Positions 40,900 to 51,107 are shown, counted from the stretch's first letter. The stretch is 64,000 bases of DNA from an uncultured Bacteroidota bacterium (GCA_963702215.1 OY969726.1:1443050-1507049), one strand, 5' to 3'. The notes: a model not told the origin generated them from the letters alone. Program-made: numbers and translations.

Positions 40900-41586
40900 T
40901 TGCGGGCCGTATCCTTTCCGGTTCGCCGGCATGAGCTTTACGACCTGATCGACTCGGGCGAAGGATCGGACGTAGAGTTCAAGCGGCAGTTCAGCTCTCC
41001 GGAAAAAATCGCGAGAGAGATTATCGCGTTTGCCAATACGCGCGGCGGATACCTTCTCTTCGGCATCGATGACGATGGGACGGTCGTGGGCGTACGGAGC
41101 GAAAAATCAGAACTGGAACAGATCGAGCACGCCGCGCGCTGGATGATCGAGCCGCCCGTCGATATTATTACCGAGAATGTCCATGCCGGTCGCGGGCTGG
41201 ACATTGTCCTCGTTCGGGTTCCCGAAAGCGCCGCGAAGCCGCACACGCTGGTCGAATACGATAGTTCCGGGAAGCGCAAGACCGAGCAAATGGGAACCGG
41301 ATTTGTCCGCTTCGAAGATAAATCGGTGCAAGCGAGCCGCGAAATGATGAACGTGATGCGCGGACAAAGCCCGGCGGGCAAGCCACTCAAGCTTTCGATC
41401 GGCTATAACGAAAAAACGCTATTTGCATATCTTGAAAAGCGTGACCGAATTACCGTCGAGGAATTCGCACAGCTCGTCAACATTAGCCGGCGGCGGGCTT
41501 CGAAGATTTTGGTCGATCTCGTCCGCGCCGGAACGCTCATTCTCCACACGTTCGAAAAGACCCAATTCTTTACCCTGGCAAAATGA
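40900..41586 (+). CDS. AlbA_2/Schlafen-like domain protein with C-terminal HTH
   Basis: GEGSDVEFKR...IAFANTRGGYLLFGIDDDG. Confidence 0.85.
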   Translation: MRAVSFPVRRHELYDLIDSGEGSDVEFKRQFSSPEKIAREIIAFANTRGGYLLFGIDDDGTVVGVRSEKSELEQIEHAARWMIEPPVDIITENVHAGRGLDIVLVRVPESAAKPHTLVEYDSSGKRKTEQMGTGFVRFEDKSVQASREMMNVMRGQSPAGKPLKLSIGYNEKTLFAYLEKRDRITVEEFAQLVNISRRRASKILVDLVRAGTLILHTFEKTQFFTLAK

Positions 41587-41627
41587 CCGAAACAAGTCAT
41601 TACCCAGCGGATTTGACAGGTGCTGAA

Positions 41628-42083
41628 TTACACCGCCTGTCCCGGGCGCATGAGAGAGTGCGTTCGTTTCTTTCGCCGAATCCACGCATCAACGCTCCAC
41701 GGTCCCGGGTCAGCCGCGGATAGATAAAGCCATAGGAAACAATAGAAAACGGCATCGGAACCGCCGTTTGCCAACGTCCAGAAGCCATGCGGCGCGTGTC
41801 CTTGAAAATAGGCGACCGCCATTTCGCCCGATAGGATAAAAGCAACGGGACTCGTGAATAATCCTAGAAGTATCAGCGTGCCGCCGAAAGCTTCGAGGAT
41901 TCCCGCGATTCCAATCTCGGAAAAAACATGGAGCGGCCCCGCTTGCGGTGGCATCGCAATCGGCCAGCCGAAGAGCTTCATCGTCCCGAACTGCATGAAA
42001 AGTAGCGCAGCGACGATGCGCAACAGGCTTCGCAATTGCGGAGCAAGGCCGCGCCATTGCTCAAAAATGGTTGGTTGTTCCAT
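41628..42083 (-). CDS. DoxX family membrane protein
   Basis: LLRIVAALLF..GTMKLFG...AFILSGEMAVAYF. Confidence 0.9.
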   Translation of the reverse strand: MEQPTIFEQWRGLAPQLRSLLRIVAALLFMQFGTMKLFGWPIAMPPQAGPLHVFSEIGIAGILEAFGGTLILLGLFTSPVAFILSGEMAVAYFQGHAPHGFWTLANGGSDAVFYCFLWLYLSAADPGPWSVDAWIRRKKRTHSLMRPGQAV

Positions 42084-42144
42084 GGAACTATTTCTCCTGC
42101 TATGTACTCGATCTCAGATCCTTCGAGTTCACTGAATAACGTCT

Positions 42145-42242
42145 TGTCATTCCCGCGAAAGCGGGAATCCAGCCGTCTCAGTCGAACGGAAAATTTTGCG
42201 AAAAATCGCGAATTCAGGATTTCCGCTTTCGCGGGAATGACA
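42145..42242. repeat. Inverted pair of GTCATTCCCGCGAAAGCGGGAATCC palindromes (dRS3/RPE-like)
   Basis: 42145-42170 and near-perfect inverted copy 42217-42242. Confidence 0.88.
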
Positions 42243-42257
42243 TCTCCGCATACTTTT

Positions 42258-43529
42258 TCAGCAGACTCCCATTTGTGCTATGTTTTCGGCTCGGTTCAAC
42301 AGAAGCGCTCGTTCGCGAGCGTTCCCGGTGAGTGAGGCTGCATGTTGAAACTCCGCGGAAGCTTCCTCGAATCGGCCGAGCCGGTGCAGCAGCTCGCCGC
42401 GCGCGCGCGGCAGCCAATGGTAAGTCTTTAGCGATGGGTTGAGTGCCAGACGGTCCATAATTTCAAGTCCCGCAGCTGGGCCGAACGCCATCGCGACTGC
42501 AACCGCGCGATTGAGTTCAATCACGGGCGACGGTGCAAGTTCTGCGAGCGCATCGTAAAGTGCCGCAATACGCTGCCAGTCTGTGTCGTGAGCAGTGCGC
42601 GCTCGCGCATGACATGCCGCAATCTCCGCTTGCAATGTGTAAAATCCAAGCGGAGCGCCAAGCGACTCTGCCCGTGCAAGCGATGCAAGTCCACGCCGAA
42701 TAAGAAGCTGATCCCATCGCGTGCGGTCCTGATCGTTGAGCAAAACCGGCTCGCCCGCCGGACCAATTCGCGAATGCGAGCGCGATGCCTGAATCTCCAT
42801 CAATGCGACTAAACCGTGTACTTCCGGCTCCAATGGAACGAGTTCCGCCAGAATCCGGCCGAGCCGCAACGCTTCGTCGATCAGCGCTGGCCGCAGGATG
42901 CCATCGCCTGTCGTCGCCGAATAGCCTTCATTGAATATGAGATATAATACTTCGAGTACGGATGACAGACGCAAAGTTAGTTCCGCGCCGTGCGGCGCTT
43001 CGAACGGAACTCGCGCTTCCGCGAGCGTTCGCTTTGCGCGGACGATACGCTGGGCAATCGTCGATTCGGGAACCAGAAATGCTCGGGCGATTTCTTCCGT
43101 CGTCAACCCTCCCAGCAATCGGAGCGTCAGCGCGACACGCGCTTCTTTCGAAAGCACCGGATGGCAGGCGATAAGCATCAGCCGCAGGAGATCGTCCTCG
43201 ATATACCCATCGAGATTTCTATCAATTGCCGTTATCGAGGAATGAAATTCCGCTTCGAGTTCCCGCGCGATCTCTTCCTGGATATTCGCAAAGCGCGTGC
43301 TCCGGCGGAGCATATCGATGGCCCGATGCTTGGCCGTGGTCATGAGCCAGGCGCCGGGATTATCCGGTACGCCTGACTCCGGCCAGCGTTCGAGTGCCAT
43401 GACGAGCGCATCCTGCGCGAGGTCTTCCGCCAGTCCGACATCGCGCACGACGCGGGTTAGCGCAGCGATCAGCTTCGCCGATTCGATCCGCCAAACCGCC
43501 TCGATCGCGCGATGGATGTCCAGTGCCAC
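42258..43529 (-). CDS. ECF42-type sigma factor with C-terminal TPR-like extension
   Basis: AEDLAQDA, PGAWL, ACHPVL, RIVRAKR, YLIFNEGY; adjacent DGPF protein. Confidence 0.9.
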   Translation of the reverse strand: MALDIHRAIEAVWRIESAKLIAALTRVVRDVGLAEDLAQDALVMALERWPESGVPDNPGAWLMTTAKHRAIDMLRRSTRFANIQEEIARELEAEFHSSITAIDRNLDGYIEDDLLRLMLIACHPVLSKEARVALTLRLLGGLTTEEIARAFLVPESTIAQRIVRAKRTLAEARVPFEAPHGAELTLRLSSVLEVLYLIFNEGYSATTGDGILRPALIDEALRLGRILAELVPLEPEVHGLVALMEIQASRSHSRIGPAGEPVLLNDQDRTRWDQLLIRRGLASLARAESLGAPLGFYTLQAEIAACHARARTAHDTDWQRIAALYDALAELAPSPVIELNRAVAVAMAFGPAAGLEIMDRLALNPSLKTYHWLPRARGELLHRLGRFEEASAEFQHAASLTGNARERALLLNRAENIAQMGVC

Positions 43530-43537
43530 GTGTGCGG

Positions 43538-43961
43538 TTAATTAGAATAAGCTGCTAATTGCTCGCGAACACGTTTGTCATTATCGAGTACTTCCGGCGT
43601 CGCCTGATCGCCGAAATCTTCGACCTCGAAGACCTGACGAATTTCGATTTCGGTTCCTCCATCGAACGGGGCACGCTTGAGCCATTCGATCGCCTCATCG
43701 AGCGACTTCACCTGCCAGACCCAATACCCGGCGATGAGTTCCTTCGTCTCGGCGAACGGCCCGTCGATGACCGTGCGCTTCTTGCCATCGAACCGCACGC
43801 GCGCGCCTTTTGCGCTCAATTGCAGTCCATCCATAGCCAGCACCACGCCCGCCTTGACTAATTCTTCGTTGTATTTGCCCATCGCGACCAAATCCTCGGT
43901 GCGCGGCATCGCGCCCGATTCGGATTCCTTCGAACGCTTTTACTATTACCATGAATCGCAT
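43538..43961 (-). CDS. YciI/DGPF family protein (apparent +1 frameshift at ~43933)
   Basis: MRFMVIVKA joins SKESESGAMP; DGPFAETKELIAG. Confidence 0.85.
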
Positions 43962-44014
43962 GTTCGTATCTCCTAATGTTTAGTGTTTGTAAATTGTTGG
44001 GTTCAATGAGCTTA

Positions 44015-44030
44015 GCATGACCGATCATGC
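44015..44030. repeat. Mini-hairpin GCATGA-CCGA-TCATGC
   Basis: Identical to 32021-32036. Confidence 0.85.
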
Positions 44031-44109
44031 AGATCGTCCATTGTTCCGCTTTCATAGTTACGACGAATGGGATCCGGTGATTTCGACATTCGCTCGAAAT
44101 TATTTGCGA

Positions 44110-44544
44110 TTATTTTTTCGGGTACGTATAGTTCACATTCCACCGGATGCCGAATTTATCGGTCAGGAACCCGGAGTAGGCTCCCCAGAATGCTTCGCGG
44201 AGCGGCATCATCGGATCTTCCTTTCCGCCGCCGGCCAGAAGCGCGTGATACAGATTCGCGGCTTCGTCCTTGCTCTCGCATTCAAGGGAGATCATAAAAT
44301 TCTTGCCGCCGGTGAATTGCGAGCGCATCGCGCTGGGCATGTCTTCGCCCATGAGGACATTATTCTTTCCAATTGGTAGCGACGCATGCATGATTTTTTC
44401 GGCGTCCTCCGCGGAAGTTTTTCCGCCTGGCATATCCTTCCAGCGCATGAAGCTGGTGAACTCCCCACCGAATATCGATTTGTAGAAATTAAATGCCTCT
44501 TCGGCATTGCCGTTAAAAGTGATGCTTGGGTTTGGTGTTGCCAT
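44110..44544 (-). CDS. VOC/PhnB-like protein
   Basis: AEEAFNFYKSIFGG...FWGAYSGFLTDKFGIRW. Confidence 0.9.
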   Translation of the reverse strand: MATPNPSITFNGNAEEAFNFYKSIFGGEFTSFMRWKDMPGGKTSAEDAEKIMHASLPIGKNNVLMGEDMPSAMRSQFTGGKNFMISLECESKDEAANLYHALLAGGGKEDPMMPLREAFWGAYSGFLTDKFGIRWNVNYTYPKK

Positions 44545-44568
44545 GATTGTTTCTTTGAGTGATAATGA

Positions 44569-45036
44569 TTATTCTCCGTTGAACGCCTTCTGCAAGCCCG
44601 CGATTTCGAGCTTGGTCATTTTCATCATCGCGTCCATCGCACGGCCAGCTTTTTCACGGTCGGGATCGCCTAAGACTTTGCCGAGGATTGTGGGAACCAC
44701 TTGCCATGTGATGCCGAATTTATCGGTGAGCCAGCCACAGCGGTCCTGATGTCCGCCTTCGGAAAGCTTATTCCAATAATGATCGACTTCCTCCTGCGTT
44801 TCGCAGTTGATGAAGAAGGAAGTTGCGCCAGTGAACTTCCAATCTTCGCGAAAAGGAGGGCCGCCATTGAAGAGAATAAATTCCCGGCCTTCGAGCGAGA
44901 CGGTCACGCCCATCGGCTTGCCATTCGCTCCCGGCATGCGGCTGACGATATTCGAATTCCTGAAAATTGACGCGTAGAAATTCGCGGCATCTTCCGCGTT
45001 GTTATCGAACCACAAGAATGTTTGGATTTTCTCCAT
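44569..45036 (-). CDS. VOC family protein (3-demethylubiquinone-9 3-methyltransferase-like)
   Basis: FLWFDNNAEDAANFY...CGWLTDKFGITWQV. Confidence 0.9.
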   Translation of the reverse strand: MEKIQTFLWFDNNAEDAANFYASIFRNSNIVSRMPGANGKPMGVTVSLEGREFILFNGGPPFREDWKFTGATSFFINCETQEEVDHYWNKLSEGGHQDRCGWLTDKFGITWQVVPTILGKVLGDPDREKAGRAMDAMMKMTKLEIAGLQKAFNGE

Positions 45037-45051
45037 GATTGTTCCTCCTTA

Positions 45052-45474
45052 TTACTTCGGGTAGGTATAATTGACCATCCACGGAATTCCGAATTTGTCT
45101 TTGAGCGCTCCCCAATAGGCGCCCCAGAATTGATCTTTCATCGCCATGATGTCGGATGCGCCTTTGGAAAGGCCGTTAAATATGTGATCTGCCTGCTCCT
45201 TGCTATCGGCCTCGATTGACATGGAGGCGTAGTTCCCCGGCTTTACCGAGTGGCCCATGGAATCGACCGCGTCGGTTCCCATGAGGGTATTATTTCCGAT
45301 CTTGAGCGAGACGTGCATGATGCCGTTTGCGTTCTCGGCTGGAACTCCGCCGCCGCCGGGAATATCGCTGAAACGTTGGAGCATGACGAACTCGCCGCCG
45401 AAAATGGATTTGTAGAAGTTGAATGCTTCCTCGGTATTGCCGGGGAAATTAAGGTATGGGTTGAGTATTGGCAT
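45052..45474 (-). CDS. VOC/PhnB-like protein
   Basis: Paralog of 44110-44544. Confidence 0.9.
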   Translation of the reverse strand: MPILNPYLNFPGNTEEAFNFYKSIFGGEFVMLQRFSDIPGGGGVPAENANGIMHVSLKIGNNTLMGTDAVDSMGHSVKPGNYASMSIEADSKEQADHIFNGLSKGASDIMAMKDQFWGAYWGALKDKFGIPWMVNYTYPK

Positions 45475-45638
45475 GTGCGAAATGGATGAATTTGATTGAC
45501 AAGAACAATTTGACTACTCGTTGCCCGAGACGACCCAGGCGACGATGTGATCAAGAAAAAGGTAGAAGGCCGCGATTCCATGCAGGAATCGCGAACTTCT
45601 TACCGAGGATAGGAATGACGAAGGCATCGTCGTTCTCC

Positions 45639-46046
45639 CTATTTGTGATTGGTGTACTGTTCCGATGGCTGCAATAAACTGACGCGGTTCCCTTCGGTAT
45701 CGAGGAACGATGCGTAGGTTCCCACCCCCGGAATTGGCATTGGTTCCCCAAGTATTTTACCTCCGGCGGCGGTAATTTTCTTGAGATGATCTTGAATGTT
45801 CTCAACGCCGATGACGACGGACGGTGCGTGCGAAGTGGGATCGTCCGTCCGCTGGTAAAAGCCGCCGTTGATCGCTCCGGGTTGGCTCGATCGGCCGTTC
45901 GGGTTGCTCTCCGCCGTCTGCACGGTGATGTAGTTGCCCATGTCTTCGCCCATCTGCTGGGTTTGCCAGCCAAAGACGTTCGAATAAAAGTTGCTCATGC
46001 GTTTCCGGTCCTGTGCCGGCATTTCGAAGTGTACTACTGGATTCAT
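45639..46046 (-). CDS. VOC/glyoxalase family protein
   Basis: VVHFEMPA...FLDTEGNRVSLLQ. Confidence 0.9.
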   Translation of the reverse strand: MNPVVHFEMPAQDRKRMSNFYSNVFGWQTQQMGEDMGNYITVQTAESNPNGRSSQPGAINGGFYQRTDDPTSHAPSVVIGVENIQDHLKKITAAGGKILGEPMPIPGVGTYASFLDTEGNRVSLLQPSEQYTNHK

Positions 46047-46112
46047 TTTGTTCTCCTAGTGATTATGATTGAGTTCGTTAGAAAAATGTCTCTTAGGACG
46101 TGGAAAAATTGT

Positions 46113-46721
46113 TCATTCGTCCATCGTTCCCATTTTTACCTCTCCATTCCGCTTGTAATTAGCGAAGATGATGCCCTTCGGCGAGACGGCACTTTTGATG
46201 AGATCGAACGCAGAGGGTATAGTCCCTTCTGCGAACAAACTTTTTCCTTTGCCGAGCGTAACCGGATGGAACTTAAGCCAAAGCTCATCGACCAAGTCGT
46301 TCTTTAGCAATGTTTGAATCATATTGCCGCTGCCATGCACCTGCAGTTCCGGGCCAGTTCCCGCTTTTAGTTTCCGCACACCTTCGGCCAGATCGCCCTC
46401 GATGCGGAACGACTTCTCCCACTCCATTGCGAGCGGGCTGCGCGTTGCGACGTGCTTCGTTGCTTTATTGAGGCTATCGCCGATGGGGTTGCCACCATGT
46501 GTTGGCCAATAGCCGGCAAAGATTTCGAAGGTCTTGCGGCCGAGCAGAAGATCAAAATCGTGGTCCATCTGCTCGAGCATAATGGAATGAGAGAAATCAT
46601 CCCAGTAATGAGCGCTCCAGCCGCCGTAGGCGAAGCCCCCATCACGGTCCTCATCCGGCCCTCCTGGCGCCTGCATGACGCCATCCAAAGTAATAAACGA
46701 TAAAACGACAAGTTTTCGCAT
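46113..46721 (-). CDS. Dihydrofolate reductase/RibD C-terminal family protein
   Basis: ITLDGVMQAPGG, LLGRKTF, VHGSG, LVDEL. Confidence 0.9.
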   Translation of the reverse strand: MRKLVVLSFITLDGVMQAPGGPDEDRDGGFAYGGWSAHYWDDFSHSIMLEQMDHDFDLLLGRKTFEIFAGYWPTHGGNPIGDSLNKATKHVATRSPLAMEWEKSFRIEGDLAEGVRKLKAGTGPELQVHGSGNMIQTLLKNDLVDELWLKFHPVTLGKGKSLFAEGTIPSAFDLIKSAVSPKGIIFANYKRNGEVKMGTMDE

Positions 46722-46761
46722 GGTTGTGGTGTTTGATTATTGTTAAATGTGTGTTTACAAA

Positions 46762-47250
46762 TCATTCTTTAATGACCGGAACCCAAATTTCGAGCTTCGC
46801 CTGATTCACATCCATCACGCGCTCAGGATAGTATTCGAAATCCAGCGATAACTTGAGATCCATCGAGTAGCCGGAGTGCGGCATCCAGTCCGCGTAGATG
46901 TAGCCGAAGAAATCGTGCAGGCTGTCCAGCGAACCGCTGTACGAGAAAACTGCGTAATGCGCCGCGGGAATTTCCTTCCCCGTCATTCCTTCGGGAATCT
47001 CATCGAGCGAATCGACTTCGAGGCCTGCCATGTAATAATACTTTGGGAACCCGCCGTTGTTCATGTCGAAATTTCGGGAGTAATCCTCGATCCCATACGC
47101 CACATCACTCACGGCGTGCTTGATCTCACTCGACCGCTTCGCAAATTCGGTCCAGGCTTCCCGGATGGCAGGTATGCCATTTTCGGTGTAGCGCTCAATG
47201 CCCACGATTCGAAAGGTGGCTCGATCGCGAAATTCTGGTTTTTGATTCAT
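46762..47250 (-). CDS. GyrI-like small-molecule binding protein
   Basis: YMAGLEV...IPAAHYAVF...DFEYY...EIWVPV. Confidence 0.85.
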   Translation of the reverse strand: MNQKPEFRDRATFRIVGIERYTENGIPAIREAWTEFAKRSSEIKHAVSDVAYGIEDYSRNFDMNNGGFPKYYYMAGLEVDSLDEIPEGMTGKEIPAAHYAVFSYSGSLDSLHDFFGYIYADWMPHSGYSMDLKLSLDFEYYPERVMDVNQAKLEIWVPVIKE

Positions 47251-47367
47251 TTGATTGTTTTCCGATGACTGATTGAATTAAGGGCTACAAAATTACGATG
47301 CAGAGGTTAGGGCTAGTGAGGCGCAAAAACGTCATTCTAAGGGGTTGATTGCGACAGATTTATTTCG

Positions 47368-47375
47368 TATTTTTG
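47368..47375 (+). promoter_or_regulatory. Bacteroidota-type -7 element directly before the AraC gene (near-leaderless)
   Basis: TATTTTTG 5 nt before ATG 47381. Confidence 0.5.
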
Positions 47376-47380
47376 TAAGT

Positions 47381-48352
47381 ATGAAAAAAATAGCAATTCT
47401 TGTTCCGCGAGGCGCAGCCTCCGTTGGCTGCATCGAGGGCTCCTACATCGGATTTAACCGGGCCAATGAAGTGCTGGCCGGAGTGGGCCGAGCGCCACTA
47501 TTCGAACTGAAGCTCTTTGGCCTAACGCCCGAACCACAAACTTACGACCGTTTCATCAGCATCCGACCCGATCTCACGATACAGGATCCTTACGATGCCG
47601 ATCTCGTAATTATACCAGCCGTGAATGGCGACTGGAACGAAGTGATCGAACTCAATCGTGAGTTCTTTCCGTGGATCGTCGCTCAATACAAGCACGGCGC
47701 GGAAGTGGCAAGCCTGTGCGTGGGGGCGTTTTTGCTCGCTTCCACCGGATTGCTCGAAGGCAAAAAATGCGCAACGCACTGGCTGTCCCAGAACGATTTT
47801 CGTAAAATGTTTCCCGATGTGCATCTCATTTCCGAAAAAATAATTACGGACGAACGCGGGATTTATTCGAGCGGCGGAGCGAATTCATTTTGGAACTTAA
47901 TTATCTATCTCATCGAGAAATACGCCGGGCGCGACGTGGCAATCACCTGCGCAAAAATTTATGAGATCGAAATCGACCGCGATACGCAATCGCCTTTCAT
48001 CATGTTCAGGGGGCAAAAAGATCACGAGGATGAGCCGATCAAGGAAGTACAATCGTTTATCGAATCGAATTTCGCGAAGAAGATCACCGTCGAAGAATTA
48101 GCCGAACGTTCTGCGATGGGACGCCGCACATTCGAACGGCGCTTCAAAAAGGCGACCTCGAACACCGTCGTCGAATATCTCCAGCGTGTGAAGATCGAGG
48201 CCGCGAAAAAAAGCCTCGAACACAACCGCAAGCAGGTCGCCGAAGTGATGTACGATGTCGGCTACACGGATACCAAAGCCTTCCGCACGACTTTCAAAAA
48301 GATCACCGGCTTATCGCCGGTCGATTATCGGAATAAGTACGCGTCGGCGTAA
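47381..48352 (+). CDS. GlxA-family AraC regulator (DJ-1 domain plus HTH)
   Basis: ASLCVGAFLLA, ATHW, RTFERRFKKAT; divergent from the VOC cluster. Confidence 0.92.
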   Translation: MKKIAILVPRGAASVGCIEGSYIGFNRANEVLAGVGRAPLFELKLFGLTPEPQTYDRFISIRPDLTIQDPYDADLVIIPAVNGDWNEVIELNREFFPWIVAQYKHGAEVASLCVGAFLLASTGLLEGKKCATHWLSQNDFRKMFPDVHLISEKIITDERGIYSSGGANSFWNLIIYLIEKYAGRDVAITCAKIYEIEIDRDTQSPFIMFRGQKDHEDEPIKEVQSFIESNFAKKITVEELAERSAMGRRTFERRFKKATSNTVVEYLQRVKIEAAKKSLEHNRKQVAEVMYDVGYTDTKAFRTTFKKITGLSPVDYRNKYASA

Positions 48353-48369
48353 TGAATCGGTCAGCGATG

Positions 48370-48615
48370 CTACGAATTTCGCCGATTCTTCAACACCGCG
48401 AGCCGCTCATTATATTCCTTCTCGTCGATCTCGCCTTTGGCGAAGCGCTCGGCGAGGATGTCCTCCGGCGAATTTCCCCACACCTGCCACGGCCCGGATT
48501 GCCACGGCCCGCCGCGCCACCAATGCCGGTGCCAGGGACGGCGAAAAATAAACAGGAATATCAGGATGAGAACGAAAATCCCAAACCACGGAAAGTAAAA
48601 TGGGTGATAGCACAT
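48370..48615 (-). CDS. SHOCT-domain membrane protein
   Basis: PEDILAERFAKGEIDEKEYNERL. Confidence 0.8.
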   Translation of the reverse strand: MCYHPFYFPWFGIFVLILIFLFIFRRPWHRHWWRGGPWQSGPWQVWGNSPEDILAERFAKGEIDEKEYNERLAVLKNRRNS

Positions 48616-48643
48616 AAGGTAATATGATTTATGATTATGACGG

Positions 48644-49054
48644 CTAATCAGCAGGATTATTGGACGCATGCCCTGGTGTATTACCAAATCGCCCAAAAAG
48701 ACCAACGAGGTAAGTCGAAGTGAAGATCAGGGCAAATGGCAGCCAGGTTCCTTCAAAACTTTCGAACATCGCGGTGGTATGAAGAATGAGCATCGCAACG
48801 ACCACGAAGTCCATAACGATTATGAAGCCGGTAAAGAACACGGCCGTCTGCAGCGGCGTAGTAAGATTAAAGCGCGAGAAGTAGATCGCCGCGAGCGAGC
48901 CGAAGATTATCGGCGCGGCAATCGCATGAACGTGGAGGGTTATCTCCATGGAAGTTATCGCCGTTCCCACACCCATGATCGCGGCACATAATGCCCAGCC
49001 CACGAATGCGAACATCGAGAGAATCCGAATCGAGCGAAAGTTCAGGCTCTTCAT
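48644..49054 (-). CDS. Hypothetical 4-TM membrane protein
   Basis: Four hydrophobic segments. Confidence 0.7.
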   Translation of the reverse strand: MKSLNFRSIRILSMFAFVGWALCAAIMGVGTAITSMEITLHVHAIAAPIIFGSLAAIYFSRFNLTTPLQTAVFFTGFIIVMDFVVVAMLILHTTAMFESFEGTWLPFALIFTSTYLVGLFGRFGNTPGHASNNPAD

Positions 49055-49067
49055 ATAAAGGATTGAT

Positions 49068-49748
49068 TTAGAACACCCCCGGCACCAGCCGCCACTTTAC
49101 CTTCGCGCAATACTCGGCATAGCCCGGCAGGTTTTTCGTGAGCAGGTGTTCTTCATCGAAGAGGCGCCAGATTAGGACGGGAAGCATCATCCCAAACGGG
49201 GCGAAGCCCCACCAGGAACCGAGCGCCAGCGGAATGCCGAGGCAATAAAGCAATCCGCCGGCATACATGGGATGCCGAACAATGGCGTAGGGGCCGGTGG
49301 AAATGACTTTTTGTCCCTCGGCAATTTCGATGGTGGAAGCCGTAAAGGTATTCACCTTAAAGACGAAGAAGATAATCAAAAAACCGATTGCAATGAGCAG
49401 ATTGCCGATGATTTCGAGCACGAGCGGCACGTGCGACCATCCAAAGCGGCGATCGAGCGCGGGAACCACGAGCAGCCCGATAAACCCGATCGAGGCAAAG
49501 AGCATGATGATTTTCTGCGCGGGTTCCTTTTCGGCGGTCGGGCCGCCCGCCATGCGCCGCTGGAGCAGCGCGGGATCTTTTCGCATCAGATAGCCCGTAA
49601 TGATGGCCGACGCCCCGAAGAACACAGCGAGGAAAATCCATGCCTGCCAATAATTAATCGTTCCAGCCGGAACGAAAAGGAGCAGGCCGATCACGATCTC
49701 GGTGCCAATGAGAGAGAGCCAGGCTTTTGTGTCGAGGCTTGCGTTCAA
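49068..49748 (-). CDS. Isoprenylcysteine carboxylmethyltransferase family protein
   Basis: STGPYAIVRHPMY...DEEHLL...LPGYAEY. Confidence 0.9.
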   Translation of the reverse strand: MNASLDTKAWLSLIGTEIVIGLLLFVPAGTINYWQAWIFLAVFFGASAIITGYLMRKDPALLQRRMAGGPTAEKEPAQKIIMLFASIGFIGLLVVPALDRRFGWSHVPLVLEIIGNLLIAIGFLIIFFVFKVNTFTASTIEIAEGQKVISTGPYAIVRHPMYAGGLLYCLGIPLALGSWWGFAPFGMMLPVLIWRLFDEEHLLTKNLPGYAEYCAKVKWRLVPGVF

Positions 49749-49772
49749 AGTTGCGAGAGAAGCAGAAAATTC

Positions 49773-50204
49773 CTAATGGGCAAGTTCCGCGCGTTCCTTG
49801 CTTTTCCTCACCACTAACCGAACGAAAAGCAGGAACCAATACGCAAAATAGCCAAACCAGAACAGCCCGATAAATGGCTTGGAATTCGTCGCCGACACGG
49901 CCACCAGCAGCACAAAAAACAGCGCCACTTTCCACCAGTGCAGGTGGTGCGTGTGGTATGGTTGAGTGGCCGGCACTTCTGCCTCCTGTTTCGGCTCAGC
50001 TTCCGCGTCTTCGCGCGGGGTGCTGCCCACTCGCGAACGCCACGAGATTCCGGTTCCCGGGATGCCGGTGTTGATGTAGCGCCCGCGCTTGCCAAAGGTC
50101 ATGCTTGCCCCGCGCACACCTAACGTGGTGCTAATGCCGGAACGGCTAACGTTCAGGTGAACTCCGGGAAGGATATTGATGCGGCGGCGATATCTGAATG
50201 CCAT
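49773..50204 (-). CDS. DUF4236 domain protein
   Basis: MAFRYRRRINILPGVHLNVSRSG...GIPGTGISW. Confidence 0.85.
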   Translation of the reverse strand: MAFRYRRRINILPGVHLNVSRSGISTTLGVRGASMTFGKRGRYINTGIPGTGISWRSRVGSTPREDAEAEPKQEAEVPATQPYHTHHLHWWKVALFFVLLVAVSATNSKPFIGLFWFGYFAYWFLLFVRLVVRKSKERAELAH

Positions 50205-50322
50205 GCTGTTTCGATGAATTGGGAATCAATTATGGAACCGGGCTCGAACGTCTTCCATTCCCCATGCACCGCAAACTTCAGCTTGCGATTTTGGAGACAC
50301 AAATCGCGAACTGAGGTTTGCG

Positions 50323-50985
50323 CTACACCGGCATCTTTTCGCCAAGCCGCATCCGCAGGAGAATTCCATCGTGAAACGTGCGATAGACCTGATGAACAAG
50401 AATCAGCGTGATCCAAATCGCGAAGAGCACATTCACTACGCGATTTTGATCCAGCACTTGCCGGCTCGAATGGATGATACCCGGCACCTTCGTCAGAATA
50501 TCCCAGCTATTGTATCGCGCAACGCGGCCCAAGTAAATGCCAATCGTCGAGAGGAGCGGAATGCCGATAAGCGCAGCCCATGCCCACCCGCGGCCCAGCC
50601 GCATTCGAATCGCAAAGAGAAGACGATCGACCGTAAACGAATAGCAGGTAAGCCCGAAAAGGACGAACGTCGCATAGAGCGGGAAGATTTTCCAGAGTAA
50701 TTCCCAGAGCGAAATATCGGTCATCCGGACGGTTTCGAGGAAGTGGATCAGATCTGTCGCGATATAGGGCGCGTTGGGAAGGAAAAGAAGGATAAGTGCC
50801 AGTTCGAAGCCGAACGTCACGTTACGGAGGCCACGCCGTGGCTGATCTTCGCGCTTGAAGAAGATCATCGCCAGTGCCGCGGGAATTGCGGCCAGCACCG
50901 CATTCCAGGCCATCCACCAGAATGTGCCGCCATGCGCCTGAAATTCGTGGCGCATGAGGTCGATCCAGACATTCAAAAGGTACAT
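50323..50985 (-). CDS. DUF1361 membrane protein
   Basis: WNAVLAAIP, FLPNAPYIATDLIH, GIYLGR..RYNSWD. Confidence 0.85.
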   Translation of the reverse strand: MYLLNVWIDLMRHEFQAHGGTFWWMAWNAVLAAIPAALAMIFFKREDQPRRGLRNVTFGFELALILLFLPNAPYIATDLIHFLETVRMTDISLWELLWKIFPLYATFVLFGLTCYSFTVDRLLFAIRMRLGRGWAWAALIGIPLLSTIGIYLGRVARYNSWDILTKVPGIIHSSRQVLDQNRVVNVLFAIWITLILVHQVYRTFHDGILLRMRLGEKMPV

Positions 50986-51049
50986 TCGCCTTCTTTACGC
51001 GACCGGAGGGCGGAAGGTTCAATTCCAAAGATTTGGCGAAGCCCGGACT

Positions 51050-51080
51050 AAAAAACCGCCCCCAAAAGCGAAGGGCGGTT
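51050..51080 (-). terminator. Intrinsic terminator after the ester-cyclase gene
   Basis: AACCGCCC/GGGCGGTT stem with T6 tail on the minus strand. Confidence 0.75.
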
Positions 51081-51107
51081 CTAAAAGGTACGAAACCAAT
51101 CACCAAA

